Shown one piece after another: positions 21,905-33,619 of a stretch of 50,474 nucleotides of DNA. Position numbers and translations under genes: made by a program. How positions within the stretch are numbered: position 1 is the first letter of the stretch; each line of letters opens with the position of its first letter. Origin of the DNA: an uncultured bacterium (GTDB lineage Bacteria; Deinococcota; Deinococci; Deinococcales; Deinococcaceae); NCBI GenBank assembly GCA_964413135.1, contig CAYPSD010000001.1, positions 19,102 through 69,575 of the forward strand, given 5' to 3'. The notes beneath the pieces were generated by a model, which saw nothing but the letters and a program-made list of their open reading frames with translations, was not told the DNA's origin and made no database searches.

Positions 21905-22567
21905 TCAGTCGGCGGCTTGGGCTGCTTTGGCCGCTTTCTTGGCCTCGGCAGCTTCACGCTCCAGCTTGGCCTTGATCTTTTTCAAGCGGAAGCTCTCCTC
22001 GCGCTCGCGTTGATCGAGCACGCCGCGAATGAAGCGGATGTCGCCCAGCACGCCGGGAATAACCACCTGTTCCAGCGCGTTGACGCGGCGCGAAGTCTTC
22101 TTGATCTCCTCGCCGATGCGCCGCAGCTTGGTTTCGGTGGCGGCCACCTTCACCAGCGCGCCCATGACCGTCTGAAAATCGGTGGCGGCCTGAATGGTGC
22201 GCGAGCCGACGTTGATCGGGCTGAAGGCGGCGGCGGTGCTGCGCTCGGGAATCTGCATCTTGGGCACTTTCACGCCGTAGATGCTCTCGATTTCCATGTT
22301 GACGCTGTACTCGCTGCCCTGCGCCAGGCTCAGGCTCTCGACGGCCTCGGGACTGTCCCAGGCTTTGGCCGAGAACAGTGAGACATACGCGCCCTTGCTG
22401 ACGCCGGAGAGTTCCTCGCGGGCGGCCAGCGCGTCCTTGACCAGCGCGAAGAACTCGCCGATGAGGGCGTCGCGCTTGCGCTTGAGCAAATCTGCACCGC
22501 TGGTGGCGGTTTTCAAGCTGGCTTTGGCGGCCAGCAGGGCGCTGCGGGTGGGACTGATATCTGCCAT
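21905..22567 (-). CDS. atpD: V/A-type ATP synthase subunit D
   Basis: 'PTRSALL', 'LLKRKRDAL', 'RRVNALEQVVIP', 'EREESFRLKKIK'. Confidence 0.96.
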   Translation of the reverse strand: MADISPTRSALLAAKASLKTATSGADLLKRKRDALIGEFFALVKDALAAREELSGVSKGAYVSLFSAKAWDSPEAVESLSLAQGSEYSVNMEIESIYGVKVPKMQIPERSTAAAFSPINVGSRTIQAATDFQTVMGALVKVAATETKLRRIGEEIKKTSRRVNALEQVVIPGVLGDIRFIRGVLDQREREESFRLKKIKAKLEREAAEAKKAAKAAQAAD

Positions 22568-22641
22568 GATTCACCTCCTCTTGGGGGTGTGGGCTGCGGA
22601 ATTCAGGCAAAGACTGGCCCTGCATCCCGCAGCCGAGTGCC

Positions 22642-24047
22642 TTACATCCGGTTGCCCTTCCACATCTCGTCGACCTTGGTGCCGTAGTACTTGTCGATGG
22701 AGTCCTTGCCGATACGGGTCAACTGCGACTGCGGCAGCTTGCTCAGAATGCCCCAGGCCACCGTCATCGAGTCCTCGATGCTGCGGTCCTGTCCACCCTG
22801 GCCGATGAAGTAGTTCTCGAAATCCTCGGCGAAGCGCAGGAACAGCTTGTCGTTCTCGGTCAGCGCGTCCTCGCCGGTGATGGCGACGAGTTTACGCAGG
22901 TCGAGGCCGTTGGCGTAGGCGGCAAACAGCTGATCCGACACGTTCTTGTGATCGGCGCGCGTCTTGCCCTTGCCGATGCCGTTGCCCATCAAGCGCGACA
23001 GGCTCGGCAGCGGGTTGATCGGCGGGAAGATGCCCTTGCTGTTGAGGGTGCGGTCCACCACGATCTGGCCCTCGGTGATGTAGCCGGTCAGGTCAGGAAT
23101 CGGGTGGGTGATGTCGTCGTCGGGCATCGACAGAATCGGCAACTGGGTCACCGAGCCGGGCTTGCCCTGAATGACGCCCGCACGCTCGTACAGCGAGGCC
23201 AAGTCGGTGTACATGTAGCCGGGGAAGCCGCGTCGTCCGGGGATTTCCTCGCGCGCGCCGCCAATCTCGCGCAGCGCCTCGCAGTAGTTGGTCAAATCGG
23301 TCAGGATCACCAGCACGTGGTAGCCGTGCTCGAAAGCCAGGTACTCGGCGGTGGTCAGCGCCATGCGCGGGGTCAGAATGCGCTCGACGGTGGGGTCGTC
23401 GGCCTTGTTGAGAAACAGCACGGCGCGGGCCAGAGCGCCGGTGCGCTCGAACTCCTGCGTGAAGAAGCTGACCTCGCGCTGGGTCAGGCCCATCGCCGCG
23501 AAGACCACCGCGAACGGCTCTTCCGAACCCGGCACCTTGGCCTGGCGGGCGATCTGGGCGGCCAGCTCGTTGTGCGGCAGACCCGATCCGCTGAAGATCG
23601 GCAGCTTCTGGCCGCGAATCAGAGACGTGTTGATGTCGATGGTGCTGATGCCGGTCTGGATGAACTCTTCCGGCTTGGCGCGGCTGGCCGGGTTCATGGC
23701 CTGGCCGTTGATGCTGCGGCGCTCGTCGGCGATCACGTTGGGCAGTCCGTCGATGGGGCGGCCCAGGCCGTCGAAGCGGCGTCCGATCATGTCCTTGGAC
23801 ACGCCCAGGCGGGCCACGTCTTCGACCAGACTCACCGAGGCGGTGGCGAGGTCCAAACCGCGGGTGTCCTCGAAAATCTGGATGACGGCGTGCTCGTCAC
23901 TGACCTCGATAACCTGACCGCCACGAATGCGCCCGTTGCCGTCCTTGATGTTGACGATGGCGTTGTAGGCCAGGTCCGAGGCCGCGTTGACGAACAAGAG
24001 CGGCCCGGAAATATAGGCGACGTCGTTGTATTCCTTCTGAAGCAGGG

Positions 24048-24051
<4 letters not shown>
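22642..24051 (-). CDS. atpB: V/A-type ATP synthase subunit B
   Basis: '[16 protein letters not shown]', '[14 protein letters not shown]', '[15 protein letters not shown]'. Confidence 0.97.
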
Positions 24052-25808
<1,757 letters not shown>

Positions 25809-25920
25809 GGTTACTCCTTAAAAGAACGTCGAGAGGTCTGAAAGTCTAGGGGAAAAGCGCCGCGCCTTCAGTAACCGGGCACCGCCGCCGCCCCCTGGAC
25901 CCCGGAACCCTCAGGCCCGG

Positions 25921-26283
25921 TTACAGTTTGATGTCGAAGCCGATCGTCTCGCGCACCAGTTTGCCCATGTAGGCTTTGGCGTCCACCTGCTCGGCGCTGA
26001 AGGCGTCGCTGAGACTGGGAATCGGCAGAATGATCGGCAGATCGCGCCCGCGCATGATCCGGGCGGTGCTGGTCGCCGGGTCGGCAATCAGGCCAGTATC
26101 CACGGCCACCAGACCGTAGCGGCCACTGACGATCAGCTCTTCGAGCTTGGCCTGGGCGTCGGCGGACGTGGCTTCCACGACCTGCGCCCCGGCCAGCCGG
26201 TAGCCGGTGGCGGTTTCGTTGTCGGCCAGCACCACGATTCTCTGGCTGGTCCCGGTGGTTGCTTTTGCAGTCGCCTGGGTCAT
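25921..26283 (-). CDS. atpF: V/A-type ATP synthase subunit F
   Basis: 'VLADNETATGYRLAG', 'VRETIGFDIKL'; operon position. Confidence 0.93.
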   Translation of the reverse strand: MTQATAKATTGTSQRIVVLADNETATGYRLAGAQVVEATSADAQAKLEELIVSGRYGLVAVDTGLIADPATSTARIMRGRDLPIILPIPSLSDAFSAEQVDAKAYMGKLVRETIGFDIKL

Positions 26284-27263
26284 GCCTGCGCCACCTCCTG
26301 ACGGATCTGCTCATTGGGCACGTTGTAGAACTTGCCGCGCCCGATGAGGCGCAGCTTGGCGATTTCCTGTTCCTTGCGGCGCAGGTAATCGATGGCCACG
26401 CCCACGCCCAGCGGATCGCCCGCCGCCGCATTGCGAGCGGCGTTGTCGAGCACGTCGCGCGCGGCCCGCTCGGCCTCGGCGGGGCCAGCCGCTTCCAGAA
26501 TCGGGGCCATCTCGCCCGCTCCACTGGGGTCGCCCTCGGTGAGCCGGGCAAAGGTTCCAGCGTCAATGTTGCGCCCGCCTTCCACGTAGAGGGCCGGGTT
26601 GGCTCCCACGCCGCGCAGCGAGCGCGAGGTCAGCGCGTTGGTCACGTCCACTTCCTGCGAGAGGTAGCGGCGCAGCGCAGTGTTGCGCGACACCCTCAGC
26701 GCGTAGCGGTAATACGCTTGATCGAGCGCGACTTCCAGATCGATCAGCTTGTTGCTGGCGCTGTAGGCCGAGACGCCCTCGCGGAAGGCCGGGGCCAGCG
26801 GATGACCGGTGAGGGTCAGCGCCGTGGCTGCCGCCGAGAGGTCGCCGCCCTGCAAGGCCGTCTGCAAGGTGGTCATCGGAATGGTGCCGCCGGGAATCAG
26901 GCTCGCGGAGAGCTGTTCGCCGCTGCGCCCGCTGGTCAGGCCACGGGCGATCGACTTGAGGTTGACCAGATCCCACTTTTGCAGCAGCACCCCGATCTCG
27001 GTCTTGGCGTCGCCGTCGGCCAGGCGGTAAACCTTCTCCACATTCTCGAAGAAGTTCTTGGACAAGCCCTGGTCGAGCTCTGGCAGGCCCGCGCCCTGGG
27101 CGGTGGCGGCGGCGAGGTCGCCCGACAGCTCGGACTCGCTCAGCAGCCGCAGAAATTCAGGGTAGCTCTGCGCGCCGAGGGCCGCTTCGAGCGCCCGGTC
27201 ACCCAGCAGCTGGGTCCGCATCATTTTGATGCGGGCGTTGATGTAGCCGTAATCGTCGGCCAT
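26280..27263 (-). CDS. atpC: V/A-type ATP synthase subunit C
   Basis: 'DDYGYINARIK', 'WDLVNLKSIAR', 'EIAKLRLIGRG'; operon position. Confidence 0.92.
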   Translation of the reverse strand: MADDYGYINARIKMMRTQLLGDRALEAALGAQSYPEFLRLLSESELSGDLAAATAQGAGLPELDQGLSKNFFENVEKVYRLADGDAKTEIGVLLQKWDLVNLKSIARGLTSGRSGEQLSASLIPGGTIPMTTLQTALQGGDLSAAATALTLTGHPLAPAFREGVSAYSASNKLIDLEVALDQAYYRYALRVSRNTALRRYLSQEVDVTNALTSRSLRGVGANPALYVEGGRNIDAGTFARLTEGDPSGAGEMAPILEAAGPAEAERAARDVLDNAARNAAAGDPLGVGVAIDYLRRKEQEIAKLRLIGRGKFYNVPNEQIRQEVAQA

Positions 27264-27273
27264 AGCGCTCTCC

Positions 27274-27834
27274 TCAGCTCTCCGAGAGCAGGCGGCTGAC
27301 CTGGGGGGCCAGCGAGTCGCGCAGTCTCTCCAGACGGCCTTGCAGGGTGTTGGTCACGCCGCTCTTGCCGCCGTTGGCGACCACCCGCACGCCGCCCTGC
27401 ACCGCGTAGTTCTCGCGGACTTCCAGGTCGGTGACGAGTTCGCGGGCCACGTGGGCCTCGTTCGGGTGAACCTCGATCGCCTCGGCGTTGGGCACCACGG
27501 CGCGGGCTTCCTCGATCAGGCGCGAGAGGATATCGCGGTACTCGGGCGCGCGGGTCACGGCCAGCAGTTCGTGCTGGGCCGTCTGAAAGGCCCGGCTCAT
27601 GCCGCTCTCGCCCGCGTTGAGCCGCGAAGCGCTGCGCTCCAGATCCGCCGAGGAGCGCGCGCGGGTCAGAGACGCCTGCATCTGGGTTTCGAGCGCGCGG
27701 GTGCGGCTCTCGATCAGGGTCTGGGCCTGCTCCTGCGCGCCCCGGACGATGGCTCCAGCGCGGTCACGCGCCTCAGCGCGGATGCGCTCGATCTCCGACT
27801 GCGCCTCGTTTTCGAGCAGTTTATCGAGCGCCAT
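27274..27834 (-). CDS. atpE: V/A-type ATP synthase subunit E
   Basis: N-terminal coiled coil; C-terminal 'GGVRV...VTNTL..RL'. Confidence 0.92.
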   Translation of the reverse strand: MALDKLLENEAQSEIERIRAEARDRAGAIVRGAQEQAQTLIESRTRALETQMQASLTRARSSADLERSASRLNAGESGMSRAFQTAQHELLAVTRAPEYRDILSRLIEEARAVVPNAEAIEVHPNEAHVARELVTDLEVRENYAVQGGVRVVANGGKSGVTNTLQGRLERLRDSLAPQVSRLLSES

Positions 27835-27837
27835 CGC

Positions 27838-28155
27838 TTAGATCTTGCCTGAGAGAATGAAGAAGCCCACCAGACCGAAGATCACCAGGGTTTCGGGGAT
27901 GGCGAACCACAGCAGCATCAGGCCCAGTCGGCCCGGATTCTCGGCAGTGACGCCCGCCGCCGCCGCACCGATGCGGCCCTGCGCCAGGCCGGTGCCGATG
28001 GCTCCCAGGCCCAGGGCCAGGCCCGCGCCGACGGCGATCAGGCCGCCGTTGGAGTTGACGGCGGTGGTCGCTGGCGCGGCAGCTTCCTGGGCAAAGCCGG
28101 TGCTGGCGAGCGCGAAGACGAGGGCGGCGAGGGCGATCTTGTTGGTCTTGGTCAT
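27838..28155 (-). CDS. atpK: V/A-type ATP synthase proteolipid subunit K (c/L)
   Basis: Gly-rich hairpin helices, ion-binding 'PETLVIFG'; AAAGGAG RBS; N-terminal signal-like extension. Confidence 0.93.
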   Translation of the reverse strand: MTKTNKIALAALVFALASTGFAQEAAAPATTAVNSNGGLIAVGAGLALGLGAIGTGLAQGRIGAAAAGVTAENPGRLGLMLLWFAIPETLVIFGLVGFFILSGKI

Positions 28156-28211
28156 GCGGTTACTCCTTTGAATGGGGGGGATGGTCTGGAACGGGGCGAA
28201 ATGGTCAGAAG

Positions 28212-30257
28212 TCATTTCTTGCTGAGGCTGGCCGGAGAAAGGCGGCGCAGCGGGTTGTACGCCACACCAGACTCGTTGTGGTAGCCGGTGGGTGTCAGGA
28301 ATTCGACGAAATGCAAACGGATCGGCTGCAGGACGTGACCGATGATGGTGATCGCCAGCGCGAAGGCGTGAACCAGCAGCGCCAGCACCACCCCGACGAT
28401 GATGCCGAGAATGCCGATCTTCTCGTACAGGCCCCAGCCCAGATCGGTGGCGAGGTTGGCGAGAATGGCTCCGGCCACGCCGACGGCGAACAGACGCGCG
28501 AAGCTGATGATGTTGCCGCCCTGCGAGAGAATCTCGATGATCATCAGGAAGACGCGCGACATGACCATGCCCAGCAAAAACACCGCGAAGCCGATGTACA
28601 TGACGATCAGCAGCGGGCTGCTGAAGTCGGTGTAGATCGCGCCGTTGACCAGCTGGTTGCCGCCCTGTGACAGAAAACCGAGGCTGATCAGTCCGACCAG
28701 ACCGCCGAGCATGCCGATGGCTTCCCAGAGGTGGTTCTTGTCGCCGTGACGGGTGGCGAGCTGCACCCGGATCAGCCAGGCCCACAGCACCATCACGATG
28801 CCCATCAGCAAGGTGCTGATCAGCGCGGTATTGGTGAAGTACGACGCCAAACGCGGGAAGACAATCGGAATCAGACCGCTTTCCTGCTCGCCCGGCACGG
28901 TGATACCCCAGATGCTCTGCATCCAGGCGTGATTGACATAGAAGATGTGCAGGTGCTCAGCCAGGTTGCCAAAGAACTCGCCGGTGAGGAATCCCCAGAA
29001 AATTGCCCAGGTGCTCATGGTGCGGATAATCACGCCGAGCTTGCCCATCACGTCGGGCGAGAGGTACGAGTTCATGGCGGCCAGGTTGACGCCCTCGTTT
29101 CTGGCGGCCTTGGTGGCAAACCAGGTGCCGACCACGAAGAACAGCAGACCGTAGCCGATGTCGGCGATGATGAAGCCGAAAAACAGCGGGAAGAAAAACG
29201 AGATGATGCCGGTGGGATCGAAATTGCCGTAGCGCGGCAGCGGCAGCATGCCCAGAATCAGCTCGAAGTTCTTGCTGTAAGGCGTGTTCTTGAGCTGCAC
29301 CGGCACGCTGGCGGTGTGGTGCGAGTCGAGCGGGTGCAGTTCGTAGCTGACGGCGTCGCCGAAGCGGTCGAGCGCCGACTTGAGGTGGCCGAGCCGGTCG
29401 TCGGGGACGAAGCCCTGCATCACCAGGCTGTACTTGCCGCGCGCGCTCATGCCCTGCACGTCGTGAATGGCGACCTGATCGCTCAGGGCGTCGCGCACGG
29501 CGAACAGCGTGGGGCCGAAGCGCTCGGCCAGGCTGACCCGCTCGCGCTCCAGGGCGTCGCGCTGAGACGCGCCCTCGCGCTGAATGCGGCTCAGCTCGGT
29601 ATCGACGTCGCCGATCGGCTGGCCGTCGAAGCGGCCCGGCAACCGCAGCTCGCCCAGTCGGGCCTTGCCGAGGGCAGCGCGGGCGGCGTCACGGTCGATG
29701 CCGAGGGTCGCCACCGCACCCACGAAGCCGCTGGTGCCGAGTGGGCGGGTCGCCACCTCGAAGCGGCCATCCAGGCTGCCCTGTAAAGCGGCCTGAAGCG
29801 CGCCGAGATCTTCAGGCTTCTGGTAGAGAAACGGCACCAGGCTGACCCGGCGGCTGCGGTCCAAGCCGCCCGAAAGTTCGCTGAGCGCCTTGACAGCGGG
29901 GCCGTAGGTGCGCGCCACGTCCAGATCGCCGTCGAGCACCTGACGCCGCCGCGACAGCTCGGCGGCGGGACCAGCGACCTCTTCGAGCAGGGCGGGCCAC
30001 TCGGTTTCAGCCGGGGCGCTGCCTGCCGCGCGCCGCACTGCGCCGAGTTCGGTGAGGGTGGTTTCGGCACGGGCCAGCAGCCGCTCGCTCTCACGCCGGA
30101 ACTCGGCGTCCTCGCCGGTCAGCGGGCCAGCGCTCAGCACGCCGCTGCCCTGCACCGGCACCAGGTGCAGCACGCCCACGTCCTGAAGCGCCTCGATCAC
30201 GTCACGGCTACCGCGCTTGCGGGTGGCGATGACGATCTGCTGCATGGGGTTGATCAC
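28212..30257 (-). CDS. atpI: V/A-type ATP synthase subunit I (a)
   Basis: GTG start; 'FFGFIIADIGYG', 'ISFARLFAVG' with the essential Arg, 'IRLHFVEF'. Confidence 0.95.
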   Translation of the reverse strand: MINPMQQIVIATRKRGSRDVIEALQDVGVLHLVPVQGSGVLSAGPLTGEDAEFRRESERLLARAETTLTELGAVRRAAGSAPAETEWPALLEEVAGPAAELSRRRQVLDGDLDVARTYGPAVKALSELSGGLDRSRRVSLVPFLYQKPEDLGALQAALQGSLDGRFEVATRPLGTSGFVGAVATLGIDRDAARAALGKARLGELRLPGRFDGQPIGDVDTELSRIQREGASQRDALERERVSLAERFGPTLFAVRDALSDQVAIHDVQGMSARGKYSLVMQGFVPDDRLGHLKSALDRFGDAVSYELHPLDSHHTASVPVQLKNTPYSKNFELILGMLPLPRYGNFDPTGIISFFFPLFFGFIIADIGYGLLFFVVGTWFATKAARNEGVNLAAMNSYLSPDVMGKLGVIIRTMSTWAIFWGFLTGEFFGNLAEHLHIFYVNHAWMQSIWGITVPGEQESGLIPIVFPRLASYFTNTALISTLLMGIVMVLWAWLIRVQLATRHGDKNHLWEAIGMLGGLVGLISLGFLSQGGNQLVNGAIYTDFSSPLLIVMYIGFAVFLLGMVMSRVFLMIIEILSQGGNIISFARLFAVGVAGAILANLATDLGWGLYEKIGILGIIVGVVLALLVHAFALAITIIGHVLQPIRLHFVEFLTPTGYHNESGVAYNPLRRLSPASLSKK

Positions 30258-30571
30258 GGCAGCACCGCCCGCAAGATGGTTTCCACCGCCTGTCCCATCT
30301 TGGCATCCGAGCGGGTGTGGGCCGTCAGCACCTCCTCCTTGGCCTGCGCCTGGGCCTCGGCATGAATGCGCTGCGACTCGGCTTCCATCTCCTGCTCGCG
30401 CTGGGCGGTGAGCGCTTTGATCTGCTCCCCGGCTTCCCGCAAAATGCGCGCGGCTTGGGCTTCGGCAGCCTCAATCTCACGCGCGGCGTCCTGGCGGGCC
30501 GACTCGATTTGTGCATCGAGCGCCTGCTCACGACTGGCAAGTTCACTTAAAACCCGACTTGAGGCGTCCAA
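30254..30571 (-). CDS. V/A-type ATP synthase peripheral stalk subunit G/H
   Basis: TTG start after AGGAGGGA; Ala/Glu coiled coil ending 'ILRAVLP'; first gene of the operon. Confidence 0.85.
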   Translation of the reverse strand: MDASSRVLSELASREQALDAQIESARQDAAREIEAAEAQAARILREAGEQIKALTAQREQEMEAESQRIHAEAQAQAKEEVLTAHTRSDAKMGQAVETILRAVLP

Positions 30572-30694
30572 ATCTTCCCTCCTTCTTGTGGTGCGGTTCG
30601 TGGCACATGACCCCCCGCCCCCTGGAGTGGCTGCGGTGAGGTCAGACATGCATTGATCTGGCCCGACTTCCTTGAACTGTCAAGCTCAGCGAAA

Positions 30695-30703
30695 ATCTTA
30701 TCA
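30695..30703 (-). promoter_or_regulatory. Candidate extended -10 promoter of the V/A-ATPase operon
   Basis: Minus-strand TG-a-TAAGAT. Confidence 0.4.
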
Positions 30704-30795
30704 CAGCGTCCCCAGCCACTTTTAAGGACATCAATCCCGGTTTGGGAGCGGGGACGTCGTTGGCCTCAGTCCAAAAAGATAACAACCACATGAAG

Positions 30796-30818
30796 GCCCC
30801 GGCAAGCTGCGCCGGGGC
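30796..30818 (-). terminator. Hairpin after amtB
   Basis: 8-bp GCCCCGGC/GCCGGGGC stem, followed on the minus strand by T-rich sequence. Confidence 0.5.
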
Positions 30819-30861
30819 TGGGTACCAAAATTGGATTGTGGAGGAGTACCCGGCAGGAACT

Positions 30862-32181
30862 TCAGTCGCCGCCGATCATCACCGGAGCGCTGAGGCCCGA
30901 CTCGGACTCGGCGTAGCCCTGCTCGCTGTGCGAGGAGATGTCGATGCCGCTGATCTCCTGGCCCGGCGTGACGCGCAGCGCCGTGACCAGGCCCACCAAT
31001 TTCAGCAAGATGAAGCTGCCGACGCCGCAGAAGATCACCGTGAACAGCACCGCTTCGGTCTGGATCAGCAACTGCTCGCCCACGGGTTTGCCCTGCCCGG
31101 TGGTCCAGGCCAGCGCGCCGGTCAGGAGCGCGCCCACGATGCCCGCCACGCCGTGACAGGCGAACACGTCGAGGGCGTCGTCGGCCCGCAGCGACTGCTT
31201 GAACTGCACGACCCAGAAGCTGGCGGTGGCTCCGGCGATGCCGACGACCAGCGAGGCCCAGGGCGAGACGAAGCCGCAGGCCGGGGTGATGGCGACCAGG
31301 CCGACGACCAGGCCGGTGGCCGCGCCGACGGCGGTGGGCTTGCCGCCGCGCACGCTTTCCCAGCCCAGCCAGGTGAGCATGGCAGCAGCGGTGGCGACGC
31401 AGGTGGTCATGAAGGCCAGGGCCGCCGACTGGTTGGCTCCCAGGGCGCTGCCCGCGTTGAAGCCGATCCAGCCGAACCACAAGATCGCTGCGCCCAGCAG
31501 CACGAACGGCACGTTGTGCGGCACGTGGGCGGTGCGGCCATGCCCGATGCGCGGCCCCAGCACGAAGGCAGCGACCAAAGCACTCACGCCTGCCGCGATG
31601 TGAATAACGGTACCGCCCGCGAAATCCAGCGCGCCGCGCACGCCCAGCCAGCCGCCGCCCCAGACCATGTGGGCCAGCGGCGAGTAGATCAGCAGGCTCC
31701 ACAGCCCGCCGAACAGGAGGAAGGCCCCGAAGCGCATCCGCTCGACCACCGCGCCGGAGATCAGCGCCAGAGCGATGACGGCGAACATGGCCTGAAATGC
31801 CGCGAAGACGTACGAGGGGATGGTGCCGTTGACCGCGTTGTCCAGACCGTTGAAGCCTGCCGCGCTCAGGTTGCCGAAGAAGGCGTTGCCCGGCGCGAAG
31901 GCGATGCTGTAGCCGCCCAGCATCCACAGCACCAGCACGATGCCGATGGAGACGAAGCTCATCATCATGGTGTTGAGCACGCTCTGCGAGCGGGTCAGGC
32001 CACCGTAGAAGAAGGCCAGGCCCGGCGTCATGAACAGCACCAGGGCGGCGGCCACGATCATCCAGGCGGTGTCGCCGGTGTTGAAGGCGGGGGCCTTGGC
32101 GGCCTGGGCCAGCGCCGCGCCCGCGCCGAGCAAGGTCAGCAGCGGCAGCGAGCGCCTGAACAGAGGTGGGGTCAGCAGCAT
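30862..32181 (-). CDS. amtB: Ammonium transporter
   Basis: 'FMTPGLAFFYGG', 'DFAGGTVIH', 'LWFGWIGFNAGS', 'DDALDVFACHG'. Confidence 0.96.
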   Translation of the reverse strand: MLLTPPLFRRSLPLLTLLGAGAALAQAAKAPAFNTGDTAWMIVAAALVLFMTPGLAFFYGGLTRSQSVLNTMMMSFVSIGIVLVLWMLGGYSIAFAPGNAFFGNLSAAGFNGLDNAVNGTIPSYVFAAFQAMFAVIALALISGAVVERMRFGAFLLFGGLWSLLIYSPLAHMVWGGGWLGVRGALDFAGGTVIHIAAGVSALVAAFVLGPRIGHGRTAHVPHNVPFVLLGAAILWFGWIGFNAGSALGANQSAALAFMTTCVATAAAMLTWLGWESVRGGKPTAVGAATGLVVGLVAITPACGFVSPWASLVVGIAGATASFWVVQFKQSLRADDALDVFACHGVAGIVGALLTGALAWTTGQGKPVGEQLLIQTEAVLFTVIFCGVGSFILLKLVGLVTALRVTPGQEISGIDISSHSEQGYAESESGLSAPVMIGGD

Positions 32182-32254
32182 GGTTCTCCTTTGAAGCGGT
32201 GGCGCGTGGGCCGGGGAGCGGCAGTGTGGCGGGGAAACGCGAAAGAGCGCAGCG

Positions 32255-32629
32255 TCACGAGACCGGCGCGAGTTTCTTTTCGTTGACCGGGGTCAGGGCG
32301 CTGTTGTCTTCCTCGCCGGTGCGGATACGAACCACCCGTTCGAGCGGCTGCACGAAAATCTTGCCGTCACCGACCTCGCCGGTGCGCGCACTTTTGCAGA
32401 TGGCCTCGATGGCGGTGTCCACGAACGGCTCGCTGACGGCCATCTTGACCTCCACCTTGTCTCTGAACTCCACCATCACGCGGGTGCCCCGGTAGTGCTC
32501 GATGATCTCCTGCTCGCCGCCGTGCCCGCTGACCCGGCTGAGCGTCAGGCCGCTGATGCCCGCCTGAAACAGCGCTTCCTTGACCTGCTGCACCCGTTCG
32601 GGCCGTATCACTGCGGTAATCAGTTTCAT
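32255..32629 (-). CDS. glnK: P-II nitrogen regulatory protein
   Basis: 'MKLITAVIRP', T-loop 'EHYRG', 'RTGEVGDGKIFV', 'RIRTGE'; directly upstream of amtB. Confidence 0.93.
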   Translation of the reverse strand: MKLITAVIRPERVQQVKEALFQAGISGLTLSRVSGHGGEQEIIEHYRGTRVMVEFRDKVEVKMAVSEPFVDTAIEAICKSARTGEVGDGKIFVQPLERVVRIRTGEEDNSALTPVNEKKLAPVS

Positions 32630-32710
32630 GCCGCTCCTTCAAGTCTGTTGGCCTGGTGCGCCGGGGAACATAGGGGTAGGGATTCCTGTTCGGCAACCCA
32701 ACTTAAAAGC

Positions 32711-32739
32711 AGGTTAAGGGCAGATGTGCAGACTGTCAA
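32711..32739 (-). promoter_or_regulatory. Sigma70-type promoter of glnK-amtB
   Basis: Minus-strand TTGACA (32739-32734), 17-bp spacer, TAACCT (32716-32711). Confidence 0.75.
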
Positions 32740-32956
32740 CGCCAAAGCGGCCAGATGTCCAGATAGCAATGAACAAGCTGTATTGTTTAGCCCACTAAAT
32801 AGTAGTTCTGTAAACCGGAAGTGCAGAGTGTCGGCTTTTTTGATTACGTTCCGAAAAACGACTGTCGTGGATCGTTGCCCCTCTGCTTGTGTCAACGCAG
32901 CGAAGCCGGAAGGCACTGAGCGCCGACCGGCTTCGAATGATCGTCTGTGGCAAAGC

Positions 32957-33604
32957 TCAGCCCGGAGGCTCCGGGTCCGGCACGGCTGCGGCACGGTTCG
33001 TATCAGAAGCGGGCAATTCGGCAGCGGGCGGTTTGGGCCGCAGATCGGTGCTGTTGTAGGCGGCCTGGGCTTCCTTGGGACCCGCCGTGATCCATTTGAG
33101 GGCCGCCAGTACCCCGAGGCGCACCAGTTCGTCGAGGGTGGGCTGCTCGGTTTCGGCCCAGCGGCTCAGCACCCAGTCGGCAGGGTCACGGCCTGCGGGC
33201 GGGCGGGAGATGCCCAGCTTGAGGCGGGCGAACTGCTCGGTGCCCAGCACCCGGATGATGTCGCGCACCCCGTTCTGGCCGCCGTGCCGCCCACCGACGC
33301 GCAGCCGCAGCAGGCCAAAGGGGCTGTCGAGGTCGTCCTGAACGACCAGCAGCGCCTCGGGACTGAGCTTGTAGAACTGCATCTGCGGCAGCACGGCCTT
33401 GCCGGAAGCGTTCATGAAGGTCTGCGGCTTGACGACGACGACCTTCTCGCCGACGACCCGGAACTCGGCCTGCTCGGCGTGGTCGCCGGAGCGCCAGCCC
33501 ACGCCCTGCTGACGCACGAGTTCATCGGCCACCCGCCAGCCGATGTTGTGGCGGGTCTGGGCGTACTGGGAACCGGGGTTGCCCAGCGCCACGATCAGCT
33601 TCAT
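32957..33604 (-). CDS. pth: Peptidyl-tRNA hydrolase
   Basis: '[14 protein letters not shown]', '[10 protein letters not shown]', 'DDLD', 'GGQNG', 'RLKLGI'. Confidence 0.96.
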   Translation of the reverse strand: MKLIVALGNPGSQYAQTRHNIGWRVADELVRQQGVGWRSGDHAEQAEFRVVGEKVVVVKPQTFMNASGKAVLPQMQFYKLSPEALLVVQDDLDSPFGLLRLRVGGRHGGQNGVRDIIRVLGTEQFARLKLGISRPPAGRDPADWVLSRWAETEQPTLDELVRLGVLAALKWITAGPKEAQAAYNSTDLRPKPPAAELPASDTNRAAAVPDPEPPG

Positions 33605-33619
33605 AAGCAGAAACCCGGC

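Noticed and set aside
22592..22634. GC-rich hairpin between atpB and atpD
   Set aside because: No T-tract and single copy; at most an mRNA-stability element.
27838..28020. Possible Na+-coupled ATP synthase (Gln in helix 1, Glu-Thr in helix 2)
   Set aside because: The Tyr of the Na+ signature is Phe here (PETLVIFG), like the proton-coupled Thermus enzyme as I recall it.
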